DNA from: an uncultured Rhizobiaceae bacterium
Lineage (GTDB): Bacteria > Pseudomonadota > Alphaproteobacteria > UBA828
Direction of reading: 5' to 3'
Length of the DNA: 46,020 bases
Assembly: GCA_964624055.1 (NCBI GenBank)
Contig: CAZUXZ010000114.1
Location: 1 to 46,020 of the forward strand
The notes under the pieces are model-generated. The model saw only the letters and a list, made by a program, of their open reading frames with translations, ran no database searches and was not told the DNA's origin. Position 1 is the stretch's first letter. Each line of letters opens with the position of its first letter. Shown here piece after piece: positions 28,376 to 39,851 of this stretch. The position numbers and the translations under genes are program-made.

Positions 28376-28752
28376 GTACAGATCGGCCTTTCTACCGCAG
28401 CCATATTTTTTGCTGTGTGAACAAACGTCCCGATGGCCACGTTCGTGGCTGTTGCGAATTGTACGGCGCAAGCAAATTACGCGCTCATCTGAAGGCGCGT
28501 GTGAAGACGCGTGGCATTGAGAACGTAAGGGTTAATGCGGCGCAATGCCTGGATCGCTGCGAATTGGGGCCCACCCTGGTGATTTATCCGGAAGGAGTCT
28601 GGTATACATATCGGACGACCGGGGATCTCGACGAGATTCTCGAGCGCCATGTGGTGCAAGGCGAACGCGTCGAGCGATTGTTGCTGCATCCTGATCAGGA
28701 AGAGCATGATGAAGTGCGCCTTAATGGTTCCGAGGGCTGCACCGCTGAATAG
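28372..28752 (+). CDS. Thioredoxin-like [2Fe-2S] ferredoxin
   Basis: HIFCCVNKR...GCC...RVNAAQCLDRCELGPTLVIYPEGVWY; GTGA overlap with the upstream gene. Confidence 0.9.
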   Translation: MSTDRPFYRSHIFCCVNKRPDGHVRGCCELYGASKLRAHLKARVKTRGIENVRVNAAQCLDRCELGPTLVIYPEGVWYTYRTTGDLDEILERHVVQGERVERLLLHPDQEEHDEVRLNGSEGCTAE

Positions 28753-28857
28753 GCGAAGCCGCTGCGGAACGCTCTCGAAAAAATACGTTTACTTATAATT
28801 TGGAGGCGCGCGGCCGTTAGTGCCGTGAGAGAGGCACGCGGAACGGCATACAGAAAA

Positions 28858-30201
28858 ATGCGTTTCGACGATACCATATTCGCTCTTGCTAGCGCGGCGG
28901 GTAAAGCCGCAGTGACGATGGTTCGCGTTTCTGGCGACAAGGCGGGCCCCGCGTTGCGGCGTCTTACCGGCGATATGCCGCTGCCGGAAGCCCGGCGGGC
29001 TACGCTGCGCACTATTAGAGAGCCTGCGGACGGCGATGAAATAGACCGCGCTATGGTGCTTTGGTTTCCCGCTCCGGCGAGCTATACGGGAGAAGATGTC
29101 GCAGAGTTCTATATCCACGGCGGGCGCGCAGTTTTGGCGGCGCTGCTGCGGACGCTTGGTGGGTTGGAGGGCCTGCGTCCGGCTGAGGCCGGCGAATTTT
29201 CTCGCCGCGCCTTCGAACATGGCAAACTTGATCTCACTGCCGCCGAGGGAATCGCAGATCTAATCAATGCCGAAACGGAACTTCAGCGCCGCCAGGCGCT
29301 AAGGCAAAGCGAAGGCAATCTTGGCGTGCTCTATGAGGGGTGGAGGGCTCGGTTGTTAAATATTCGCGCATTGGTAGAATCAACGATAGACTTTTCCGAC
29401 CAAGAGTTGCCTGACGGTGTGCTTGACCAGGCGGCGCCAGAAATTCACGCCATCGCCGATGAGATTGACGCCCACCTCGCCGACGATCATTGGGGCGAGC
29501 GACTTCGGGACGGCATCCAGGTCGCCATACTGGGCCCGGCAAATGCAGGAAAATCTAGTCTTATAAACAAGTTAGTTGGAAGAGATGCGGCAATTGTCGC
29601 GCCTGATGCGGGTACTACGAGGGACGTCGTTGAAGTGCAGATCGACCTTGCCGGCTGGCCGCTCACTGTCGCGGATACGGCGGGCCTGCGTGCCGCCGAG
29701 GGAGCAGTGGAAGCGGAGGGAATCCGCCGCGCCCGCGCTCTTGCTGAGGCGGCCGATCTCAACATCGTGGTTCTTGATGGGGCACACTGGCCGGAAGGCG
29801 GTGAGGAAGTAACCCGGCTCGCCGACGAGCGGGCGCTTTTCGTACTCAATAAATGCGATTTAATTGATGAAAAGGCTCGCGTTGCGCGGATCGACGGACA
29901 CGGCGTGCTGAATGTCTCCTGCAAAACAGGAGAAGGAATGGGCGATCTACTCGTCAGAATACGCGAACATCTCGAAGCGCGGCACTTGCCTTCTGCGGCG
30001 CCGTTGCCTACCCGCGCCAGGCATCGCCATGCATTAGAGAAATGTCTAGAATCCCTATACGGATGTGATATCGATGTGGGTCAGGAACTGGCGGCGGAGG
30101 AACTGCGTTTGGCGACCGATTCTCTTGGCAGAATCACCGGGAGGGTGGATATCGAACAGGTGCTCGATATCATTTTCAAGGAATTCTGTATAGGAAAGTA
30201 A
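28858..30201 (+). CDS. mnmE: tRNA modification GTPase MnmE
   Basis: DTIFALAS, SYTGEDVAE, GPANAGKSSL, GTTRD, DTAG, NKCD, C-terminal FCIGK; start ATG 28858. Confidence 0.97.
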   Translation: MRFDDTIFALASAAGKAAVTMVRVSGDKAGPALRRLTGDMPLPEARRATLRTIREPADGDEIDRAMVLWFPAPASYTGEDVAEFYIHGGRAVLAALLRTLGGLEGLRPAEAGEFSRRAFEHGKLDLTAAEGIADLINAETELQRRQALRQSEGNLGVLYEGWRARLLNIRALVESTIDFSDQELPDGVLDQAAPEIHAIADEIDAHLADDHWGERLRDGIQVAILGPANAGKSSLINKLVGRDAAIVAPDAGTTRDVVEVQIDLAGWPLTVADTAGLRAAEGAVEAEGIRRARALAEAADLNIVVLDGAHWPEGGEEVTRLADERALFVLNKCDLIDEKARVARIDGHGVLNVSCKTGEGMGDLLVRIREHLEARHLPSAAPLPTRARHRHALEKCLESLYGCDIDVGQELAAEELRLATDSLGRITGRVDIEQVLDIIFKEFCIGK

Positions 30202-30259
30202 TGACCACTAAAAGATATGGTAATAGAAGACTTGGCGGCACTGAATTTAGGAGCAACAC

Positions 30260-32152
<1,893 letters not shown>

Positions 32153-32199
32153 TCTATTCCGTATTTAAACCCCGGTGTCGGGCATATTTGGAGCCCATA

Positions 32200-32215
32200 T
32201 GTTTCACGTGAAATA
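32200..32215. other. parS centromere-like site 1 (intergenic)
   Basis: TGTTTCACGTGAAATA, one mismatch to the consensus TGTTTCACGTGAAACA. Confidence 0.9.
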
Positions 32216-32237
32216 TTTCAGGTGTCGTTGAATTAAA

Positions 32238-32888
32238 ATGCCACAATATGGCGTGCGAGAATTATCCCAAAACTTTGATGTTTCACGTGAAACATTACAG
32301 AACCTAGAAAAATTCGTCACATTGTTGGAGCGCTGGAACAAACGTATCAATCTGGTTTCAAAGGATTCCCTGAACGAGGTTTGGCGCCGTCATATTGCCG
32401 ATTCGACACAGCTAGCAAATGTTATTTCGCCGTATGATGGGCCGTTAGTGGATATCGGAAGTGGGGCTGGCTTGCCGGGGATGATACTGGCTGTCCTGGG
32501 CTTTAGGGAGGTTCACCTCGTTGAATCTAATAGCAAGAAATGCGTTTTCCTCGGCGAGGCCGCGCGAATTACGGAATCACCAGTAAAAATTCACAATCTA
32601 CGCCTTGATCCCGGTACTGCTTTGCCGGATGAATTGTCGTATGCCGGGATAATTACCGCTCGCGCTGTTGCTCCATTGACAAAATTGCTAGATATTGTTT
32701 GTCATATGGTGTATGACAGAACATGTTGTATTTTTCCGAAGGGCGCTAGGGTCGAGGAGGAGATCAGCGAGGCGCGCAAGAATTGGGAGTTTAACGTGGA
32801 GCGCGTGGCGAGCAAAGTAGAGCCTGGTGGCGTGATCCTCATATTGCGTCATGTCCGCCGCCGGAGGAGTAAGGATGCAAAAATCTAA
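32238..32888 (+). CDS. rsmG: 16S rRNA m7G527 methyltransferase
   Basis: WNKRINLVS, RHIADS, DIGSGAGLPG, LVESNSKK, ITARAVA, FPKG. Confidence 0.95.
   Translation: MPQYGVRELSQNFDVSRETLQNLEKFVTLLERWNKRINLVSKDSLNEVWRRHIADSTQLANVISPYDGPLVDIGSGAGLPGMILAVLGFREVHLVESNSKKCVFLGEAARITESPVKIHNLRLDPGTALPDELSYAGIITARAVAPLTKLLDIVCHMVYDRTCCIFPKGARVEEEISEARKNWEFNVERVASKVEPGGVILILRHVRRRRSKDAKI
32279..32294. other. parS centromere-like site 2 (inside rsmG)
   Basis: Perfect TGTTTCACGTGAAACA encoded by the DVSRET codons of RsmG. Confidence 0.95.
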
Positions 32889-33756
32889 TATAGCGGGTGA
32901 GGAAGAATTTGCCGTACTGGAGAAGAGAGTTGCCACGGATCACCAGTTTCGCGGCCGCATCATTGCGGTGGCCAATCAAAAGGGCGGTGTCGGCAAGACC
33001 ACCACGGCTATTAATCTAGGAACCGCCTTAGCGGCGGTCGGCCTCAGGGTGCTGCTCATCGATTTCGACCCGCAAGGTAATGCCAGCACCGGTCTCGGCG
33101 TAAGTCACAAGAATCGTCCACCTGGCAGCTATGGACTGATGCATGGCGCGGCGCCGAGTGATGCTATTCGATCGACGTCTATCCCGCGCCTTGATATGGT
33201 GCCTTCTACTGTGGAGCTGGCGGGCTCTGAATATGAGCTGGCCCAGTTCGACAAGCCGCAATTTCTGCTGAAAATTGCGATCCGGAAAACTGGCGGCTTC
33301 GGGTCCAGAGGATCTGGCGACGCGCTTTCAGGTTATGATTATATCCTGATTGACTGTCCACCGGCCCTTGGCATGCTTACCGTGAACGCTTTGGTGGCGG
33401 CGGATTCTCTATTGGTGCCGCTGCAATGCGAGTTTTTCGCCCTTGAGGGGCTGAGCCAGCTGCTCAATATCTATGAACGCGTGAAATCTTCGTTTAACCA
33501 AGCCCTACATATTCAGGGCGTCGTTCTGACCATGTATGACAGGCGCAATAACTTATCGGAGCAAGTTGCCGAGGATGTTAGAAGCCACTTAGGCTCAGCG
33601 GTGTATGACACTGTAATACCGAGAAACGTACGTGTTTCGGAGGCGCCATCTTTTGGCAAACCTGTTTTACTCTATGATCTTCACTGTGCTGGTGCCCAGG
33701 CCTACGCCCATCTAGCTAGCGAAATGCTGAAGCGCGAGGGAATTCGTCCGTCATGA
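32875..33756 (+). CDS. parA: Chromosome partitioning ATPase ParA
   Basis: ANQKGGVGKTTT, DFDPQGNAS, IDCPP, QCEFFALEG, IPRNVRVSEAPS; ATG 32875 after GGAGGAG. Confidence 0.96.
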   Translation: MQKSNIAGEEEFAVLEKRVATDHQFRGRIIAVANQKGGVGKTTTAINLGTALAAVGLRVLLIDFDPQGNASTGLGVSHKNRPPGSYGLMHGAAPSDAIRSTSIPRLDMVPSTVELAGSEYELAQFDKPQFLLKIAIRKTGGFGSRGSGDALSGYDYILIDCPPALGMLTVNALVAADSLLVPLQCEFFALEGLSQLLNIYERVKSSFNQALHIQGVVLTMYDRRNNLSEQVAEDVRSHLGSAVYDTVIPRNVRVSEAPSFGKPVLLYDLHCAGAQAYAHLASEMLKREGIRPS

Positions 33757-34646
33757 GTGAAGATTCTTCCCGCCAGGCTACGGCTCGTACGCGCGGACTC
33801 GGTTCAGGTCTTGCCGCGCTACTTGGTGGCGCTCCAGAGGCCTCGGTCGGCGATTCAACGCCGACAGCAACCCGAGTCTTACCGATTGCCAGCTTAAAAG
33901 CAGGCAGATTGCAGCCGCGCCACGAATTCGACGATCAAGAAATTGACGCACTTGCTGTGTCCATTCGCCAGCAGGGGATCATTCAGCCAATTTTAGTGCG
34001 ACCCGATCAAAAGGTTGACGGCGATTACGAGATTATCGCCGGCGAACGCCGCTGGCGCGCAGCTCAACGCGCCGGTTTGCATGATGTGCCAGTCGTTGTT
34101 CACTTTATTGGCGATCAGGATGCCCTCGAAATTGCTCTTATCGAAAACCTTCAGCGCCAAGATCTCAATATTCTAGAAGAGGCGACGGCCTATAACCGAC
34201 TTATGAACGAATATGGCAATACACAGGAAGAAGTCGCCAAGGGTCTCGGTCGTAGCCGTAGTCACGTCGCAAATACTGTGCGCCTACTCACCCTTCCAGG
34301 GGAGGTAAAGCGCCTCATTATCGAGGGAACTCTAAGTGCGGGACATGCCAGGGCGCTTGTCGGCACACAAAACACGGTCGAATTGGCGCAACGTATTATT
34401 GCTGAAAGGCTTAATGTTCGACAGACCGAGAAAATGTTGCAAACCATCAACGATGACACGGGGTTGTTCAAAAATCCGAAAAATTCAAAACAGGCCAAAA
34501 GCGCTGATGTTAAGGACCTAGAAGACAGCCTCACAAGACGATTTGGCTCGAGGGTAACAATTACAGAGGGTAAGCGCGGAGGAAAATTTATTTTTCAGTA
34601 TAAGACGCTGGAACAATTGGATGAATTTTTAAAACGCCTTAGTTAG
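33753..34646 (+). CDS. parB: Chromosome partitioning protein ParB
   Basis: RGLGSGL, QPR, GIIQPILVR, IAGERRWRAA, ENLQR, SRSHVANTVRLL (HTH), AGHARAL. Confidence 0.97.
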   Translation: MSEDSSRQATARTRGLGSGLAALLGGAPEASVGDSTPTATRVLPIASLKAGRLQPRHEFDDQEIDALAVSIRQQGIIQPILVRPDQKVDGDYEIIAGERRWRAAQRAGLHDVPVVVHFIGDQDALEIALIENLQRQDLNILEEATAYNRLMNEYGNTQEEVAKGLGRSRSHVANTVRLLTLPGEVKRLIIEGTLSAGHARALVGTQNTVELAQRIIAERLNVRQTEKMLQTINDDTGLFKNPKNSKQAKSADVKDLEDSLTRRFGSRVTITEGKRGGKFIFQYKTLEQLDEFLKRLS

Positions 34647-35704
34647 TTTCCTCCCCGTCCGGCTCGCGCGGCAGCGCCGATGCGAATCAAAGCGCGAGCA
34701 CAAATTTCATCCGTAGGCACTCCCGCGCTTTTACAATCCACCTCGGCGGAGATCAGAATATCTAAAGCCTGTGCTATTCTTGGCAGAGTCCATCGTGTGG
34801 CCTGAGTTCGGAAAGCAGGCCTATGTTTAAAAAAAATAGGTGGGCGAAGGGCACCAATTGTTTTGTCAATACCTCCTCCGTTGGCAGCGGAACCGATCAC
34901 AAAATGGAGTTGAAGAAATCTTCTGGCGACTGCACGAAGTGCTACTATGGGTTGTGTTCCCTGTTCAAAAGCTAGATGTAAAAAACGATCGATTTTCTCC
35001 ATTTCGCCACTGGCAACAGCTTCTGCTAACTGATCAAGAGACCAAACGCTGGAATCCCCCGAGCTCGCCATGACGGTATCCAGGGTGATTCGGCTCTCTT
35101 TTTCAGGTGGGGGCCGGTTTCTGTCAGATATGTAAAGAACAAGTTTTTCCAATTCATTTCTGACCTGCAGGCGGTCTCTTCCCAGCCGTTCAGTCAACCA
35201 GTTAAGCGCGTCTGAATCTATTGTTGTTTTTTGCTCCCTGAGAAAATCAGAAACATAATCCTTTAGGCTATCCTGATCTTCGTCATAACAGGCGATTGCT
35301 CCAAAATACGATCCCCCTTCAAACATTTTGCGGAGGCTCGAACGCGGTCCGAGGTTGCCAGCCTCAATCACTAACAATGTATCGCCACATTCGTTTTCCA
35401 GCGCTTCCCCTATTATCTTTGTAAGGTTGTCGGTCGCATCTCTCAACCAAACCGCCCGCCTTCCGCCCACAAGTGACAAAGCGCTCAACTCATCAGCCAG
35501 ACGTGCCGGGTCGTCGCCAACATCCTTAGCCTCTATCTCACAAAGCCGAAAACTGTCAGAGAGATCATCGACTGCATAGTGAACTGCTGATTTGGCGCGC
35601 TCGCGGACGAGCCCGGTATTGGGGCCATAAACAAGAAGTGCCGCAATTTCGTCCGGCGGCCGCGCAGCGACGTTCTGGGCTTTCGCACCTTTAAACGCGA
35701 CCAT
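34643..35704 (-). CDS. holA: DNA polymerase III delta subunit
   Basis: Start moved to ATG 35704 (MVAFK); LVYGPNTGLVRERA, SSLRK, ELEKLVLY, RPPIFFK; leuS-lptE-holA operon. Confidence 0.92.
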   Translation of the reverse strand: MVAFKGAKAQNVAARPPDEIAALLVYGPNTGLVRERAKSAVHYAVDDLSDSFRLCEIEAKDVGDDPARLADELSALSLVGGRRAVWLRDATDNLTKIIGEALENECGDTLLVIEAGNLGPRSSLRKMFEGGSYFGAIACYDEDQDSLKDYVSDFLREQKTTIDSDALNWLTERLGRDRLQVRNELEKLVLYISDRNRPPPEKESRITLDTVMASSGDSSVWSLDQLAEAVASGEMEKIDRFLHLAFEQGTQPIVALRAVARRFLQLHFVIGSAANGGGIDKTIGALRPPIFFKHRPAFRTQATRWTLPRIAQALDILISAEVDCKSAGVPTDEICARALIRIGAAARAGRGGN

Positions 35705-35711
35705 AGCGCTC

Positions 35712-36239
35712 TCAATCGAATCTGCTGAAAAAAACCACCAGTAAATCCAAAATTTCTTCGCTAATTTCCCGCGCGGCGCGTTCTGCCGCATTGTCTTCCG
35801 CCACGATAGTGGCAAATTCGGAATCGACTACATTATAACTGCCGACCGATACTGCTTTACCGGTGTATAACTGAGCTCCGGAAGTTATTTTCGACAAGAT
35901 GAACGTGGCGTTCATTTTCAGATTATGCCGTGTTGCAGTGTTGTCTAGTTGAATTAGCACTGCCTCAGTTGAACTGTTTAAGTCGACGGACAGGCGGTAA
36001 CGAGGATGTTGTTTTGGCCCGGTTGGATAGATTTTTTCTTCTAACCGATTGCGCAGTTGCACTCCCCGCTTTCCGTTGATGGGCGCAACTTTGATAAGGC
36101 TTAAATACTCTCGTGTCTGGTTTTGTGAATCTTGCTTGTGGACCGGCGTGAAGCCGCATGACGCGTTCAGCAGGACAACGATCGTCGCAACGAAAAACGG
36201 CGCGTTGTACTTCTTCGAAAGCCGCCTACGCCACGACAT
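35712..36239 (-). CDS. lptE: LPS assembly lipoprotein LptE
   Basis: Lipobox followed by CGFTP; located between leuS and holA. Confidence 0.85.
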   Translation of the reverse strand: MSWRRRLSKKYNAPFFVATIVVLLNASCGFTPVHKQDSQNQTREYLSLIKVAPINGKRGVQLRNRLEEKIYPTGPKQHPRYRLSVDLNSSTEAVLIQLDNTATRHNLKMNATFILSKITSGAQLYTGKAVSVGSYNVVDSEFATIVAEDNAAERAAREISEEILDLLVVFFSRFD

Positions 36240-38799
36240 TGACGATCTTGCCCGGTATCACAATTACTTTTCGCACTTCTTTGCCCGAAATGGCGCGTTG
36301 TACGCCTTCATGCGCCAATGCTGCTTTCTCTGCAGCGGAACTATCATGGTCCAGAGGAAGCTCAATCGTAGCGCGCTTTTTACCGTTGACTTGGACCGGC
36401 AGGGTAATGTTTTCCTGCTGCAGATATCTTTCATCGGCTTCAGGCCAGGGCATGTCGAACAGCTTTTCCTCGCGTCCCAAACGTAACCATAATTCGGCAC
36501 AAATATGAGGAGTCATTGGGGCCAATAGCCTGAGAACAATTTCCAATCCAACGCGATACGCTGCTTGTCCATCAGGAGTTTTACACGAGTCCTCGGCGAG
36601 TTCATTTGTGAGCTGGCGAATTCGCGCAACAGCACGGTTGAAGTGAAATTTCTCAAGATCGCCGGTAACGCCAACGATCGCGCCATGAATGGATCGTCGC
36701 ATAACTGAAGTGTCTTCGTCGCTGCTGGCTGCTGGCAAGTTTTCGCTCGTGCCTAGTTCCTCCACCATACGCCACAGCGCCCCGAGGAAACGCCAGGCAC
36801 CTTTAATGCCTGTATCGCTCCATTCTAAATCACGCTCTGGCGGGCTGTCGGATAGCATGAAGAGCCGGGCTGTGTCCGCGCCATAGGATTCAATGATCTC
36901 CTCCGGATCGACCACATTGCGTTTGGATTTGCTCATAGACACGGAGCGCCCGACAGTGACCGCTGCACCGTCTTTGATCCTTACCATGCCGCCCTGCCTG
37001 TCCGGCTTAACCTCCTCAGGATAGAGCCAATTGCCATTCGTATCCTGATAGGTTTCGTGGCACACCATGCCTTGGGTAAATAGGCCGGCGAAGGGCTCGT
37101 CGATGGCGACATAGCCGCACCTTTTCATTGCCCGCATATAAAAGCGCGAATATAGCAGGTGGAGGACCGCATGTTCGACACCTCCGATATATTGATCTAC
37201 TGGCAGCCACTGATCGACATCCTCCTTTAGCGCTGGATCGGCTGCCCGTGGCGAGCAGAAGCGGGCATAGTACCAGGAGGAGTCGACGAAGGTATCCATT
37301 GTATCGCTGTCGCGTTTTGCCGCAATGCCACATTCAGGACAAGGCACGTTTCGCCAGGTTGGGTGTGAATCGAGCGGGTTGCCCGGTGCATCGAAGGCGA
37401 CATCTTCCGGAAGCAAAACCGGAAGTTCGTTGCGCGGTACCGGTAGCGTACCGCATTTGGCGCAATGAATTATTGGGATCGGGCAACCCCAATAGCGTTG
37501 CCGTGAGATGCCCCAATCCCGCAACCTATAGTTGATTTTAGCTTCGCCCTGATTGTTGGTCACCAATTTCTTAATGACGCGCTCGATGGCGTCCGGCACA
37601 TCGAGCCCATCGAGAAAATCCGAATTGATTAGCTTACCATCATCGACGAAGGCCTCTGTACCAATTTCAAATGTCGCGGCGTCCTGGTCTGGCGGGCACA
37701 CCACTGGAATTACGGGCAGTTCATATTTTCGCGCGAAGTCCAGATCGCGTTGATCGTGGGCCGGGCAGCCGAAGATTGCGCCGGTGCCGTATTCCATCAA
37801 TACGAAATTGGCGACATAGACAGGGAGTTCCAGCCCTTCGACGAAGGGATGGCGCGCGCGTAAGCCCGTGTTGATTCCTATTTTCTCGGCTTTCTCAATA
37901 ACCTCCTCACCAGTTCCCAACCGGTTGCACTCTTCGGCAAACTTCGCGATGGCGGCATTGTCGCGCGCCAGTTCGGCGCGCAACGGGTGATTGGGCGAAA
38001 GCGCGCAAAAGGACGCGCCGAACAGAGTATCCGGGCGCGTGGTATAGATTTCGAGCGGCTTGGTCGATTCGCTGCCACCGCTGCCGCCCATAAGCTCGAA
38101 ATTAACTCTGGCGCCAGTTGAGCGGCCGATCCAATTGCTCTGCATCAAGCGCACCTTGTCGGGCCAGCGATCTAGCCCTTTGAGCGCTTCGAGAAGGTCG
38201 TCGGCATATTCTGTAATGCGGAAAAACCATTGAGATAAAAGCCGTTTCTCCACCAATGCACCGGAGCGCCAGCCTCGCCCATCTATCACCTGCTCATTAG
38301 CCAGCACGGTATTGTCGACCGGATCCCAATTAACCCAGGATTCCTTGCGGTAGGCCAGGCCAGCCTCGAGAAAATCGAGAAACATGCGCTGCTGATGGAC
38401 GTAGTAGTTGGGGTGGCAGGTGGCGATTTCGCGCTCCCAGTCGAGGGACAGGCCCATCGATTTGAGTTGGTGGCGCATGGTGGCGATATTGCCATAGGTC
38501 CATTCACCCGGATGCACGCCACGTTCCATGGCAGCATTTTCTGCCGGTAGACCGAAAGCGTCCCAGCCCATGGGGTGCAATACATTAAAACCGCGCGCTC
38601 TTTTGTAGCGGGCTACGACGTCGCCCATGGTGTAGTTGCGCACATGGCCCATATGGATCTTGCCCGAGGGATACGGGAACATTTCGAGGACATAATATTT
38701 CGGTTTGGTGGAATCAATCTCAGCGCGGTCGGCGCCCTCAGCGTCCCAGGCAGCCTGCCACTTCGCTTCGATTTCCTTGGCGTTGTATCGCTCGCTCAT
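36226..38799 (-). CDS. leuS: Leucine--tRNA ligase
   Basis: [13 protein letters not shown] (HIGH motif), [26 protein letters not shown] (KMSKS motif), VQVNGK. Confidence 0.98.
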   Translation of the reverse strand: MSERYNAKEIEAKWQAAWDAEGADRAEIDSTKPKYYVLEMFPYPSGKIHMGHVRNYTMGDVVARYKRARGFNVLHPMGWDAFGLPAENAAMERGVHPGEWTYGNIATMRHQLKSMGLSLDWEREIATCHPNYYVHQQRMFLDFLEAGLAYRKESWVNWDPVDNTVLANEQVIDGRGWRSGALVEKRLLSQWFFRITEYADDLLEALKGLDRWPDKVRLMQSNWIGRSTGARVNFELMGGSGGSESTKPLEIYTTRPDTLFGASFCALSPNHPLRAELARDNAAIAKFAEECNRLGTGEEVIEKAEKIGINTGLRARHPFVEGLELPVYVANFVLMEYGTGAIFGCPAHDQRDLDFARKYELPVIPVVCPPDQDAATFEIGTEAFVDDGKLINSDFLDGLDVPDAIERVIKKLVTNNQGEAKINYRLRDWGISRQRYWGCPIPIIHCAKCGTLPVPRNELPVLLPEDVAFDAPGNPLDSHPTWRNVPCPECGIAAKRDSDTMDTFVDSSWYYARFCSPRAADPALKEDVDQWLPVDQYIGGVEHAVLHLLYSRFYMRAMKRCGYVAIDEPFAGLFTQGMVCHETYQDTNGNWLYPEEVKPDRQGGMVRIKDGAAVTVGRSVSMSKSKRNVVDPEEIIESYGADTARLFMLSDSPPERDLEWSDTGIKGAWRFLGALWRMVEELGTSENLPAASSDEDTSVMRRSIHGAIVGVTGDLEKFHFNRAVARIRQLTNELAEDSCKTPDGQAAYRVGLEIVLRLLAPMTPHICAELWLRLGREEKLFDMPWPEADERYLQQENITLPVQVNGKKRATIELPLDHDSSAAEKAALAHEGVQRAISGKEVRKVIVIPGKIVNVVA

Positions 38800-38883
38800 G
38801 ATGTCCGGTATGGCGTCTTTGGTCTTCTAGCTCGCGAGCAGGAAGAAGTTACGGTGTGTCGGCATCGTGCCGGCGGTCTTGGG

Positions 38884-39420
38884 CTAATCTCCAATTCCGC
38901 CCGTGCGCAGCTGACGCGCCCGCTCCAGAATTTTGTTTTCAAGGCTAGTTATAGTGGCGGGATTGATCACGCTATCGACCCAAACACCCGGTTTGCTCTG
39001 CTCTTGGCGGAAAATAGCAACTCGCAAACCGTCGGCACGCAAGCTGCGAGCTAAGATATAAATTGTCATTTTGAAGCGCTCATCGGGCGCTTCCGGCGGC
39101 GCGTACCAGTCGGTAATGATGACGCCGCCAAAAGGATCCGCCGAGCTGAGTGGCATGAATGAGATGGTATCTAGTGAAGCACGCCACAACTGGCTATTGA
39201 CGCCGATACCCCCGCCGCTAGGGGTTTCTTTATCACCACTCGGACCAAATAATTGCAAGCCGCCTTCGCCAAAAACGCTTGTTCCCGCAGTAGGGCCTCT
39301 ATTTTTTTTTGGGCTCAAGACTCTCTGTTGATCGGGGTCCATATATTGACAGGCGGTGAGCCCCGCAATAATGCTGGCTGCCAAGGCTGTTACCGTAAAG
39401 TTCACAAATTTTCGTCGCAT
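38884..39420 (-). CDS. DUF3576 domain lipoprotein
   Basis: Lipobox LTAC; GVNSQLWRASLDTISFMPLSSADPFGGVIITDWY; typical leuS-upstream gene. Confidence 0.88.
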   Translation of the reverse strand: MRRKFVNFTVTALAASIIAGLTACQYMDPDQQRVLSPKKNRGPTAGTSVFGEGGLQLFGPSGDKETPSGGGIGVNSQLWRASLDTISFMPLSSADPFGGVIITDWYAPPEAPDERFKMTIYILARSLRADGLRVAIFRQEQSKPGVWVDSVINPATITSLENKILERARQLRTGGIGD

Positions 39421-39503
39421 TGCTTCGCCGCGTTTGCCTGACCCACTATTTCGGCCCTAGCCGAGCTAGCATTTCATATCACAATCTGGCCCATATTCGG
39501 CAA

Positions 39504-39525
39504 TATCTTATGGTTATCTTATGGT
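39504..39525. repeat. Perfect 11-bp tandem repeat (TATCTTATGGT x2) in a divergent promoter region
   Basis: Read directly at 39504-39514 and 39515-39525. Confidence 0.85.
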
Positions 39526-39851
39526 TCTAAGCGCAGCACATGGGCACTCTTTGCAGCGCGCAACAGTATTTGCGGTATTTTTGTCACATGTTGCGAAAAT
39601 GAAGCTTAGGCATGTGCCATATTGCTTGATCTATGATTCGATTAGGATAGGTTCAATCCCATCCGCTCATGTAGGGCGGTAAAGCGAAGCTTTGTCGGCA
39701 AGATAATCACGCAAAAGGCGGGAGCATCCAGCTTTAAAAGCTTGTGATTTCAGGGAGCAGGCATAGCGTCGAGCTAGCAACCACAACCAGACGAGCTGGC
39801 ACCGCCGGTGACGCGCTGGGAAACACATCTCTCCGGAGGAGGATTGAAGAT

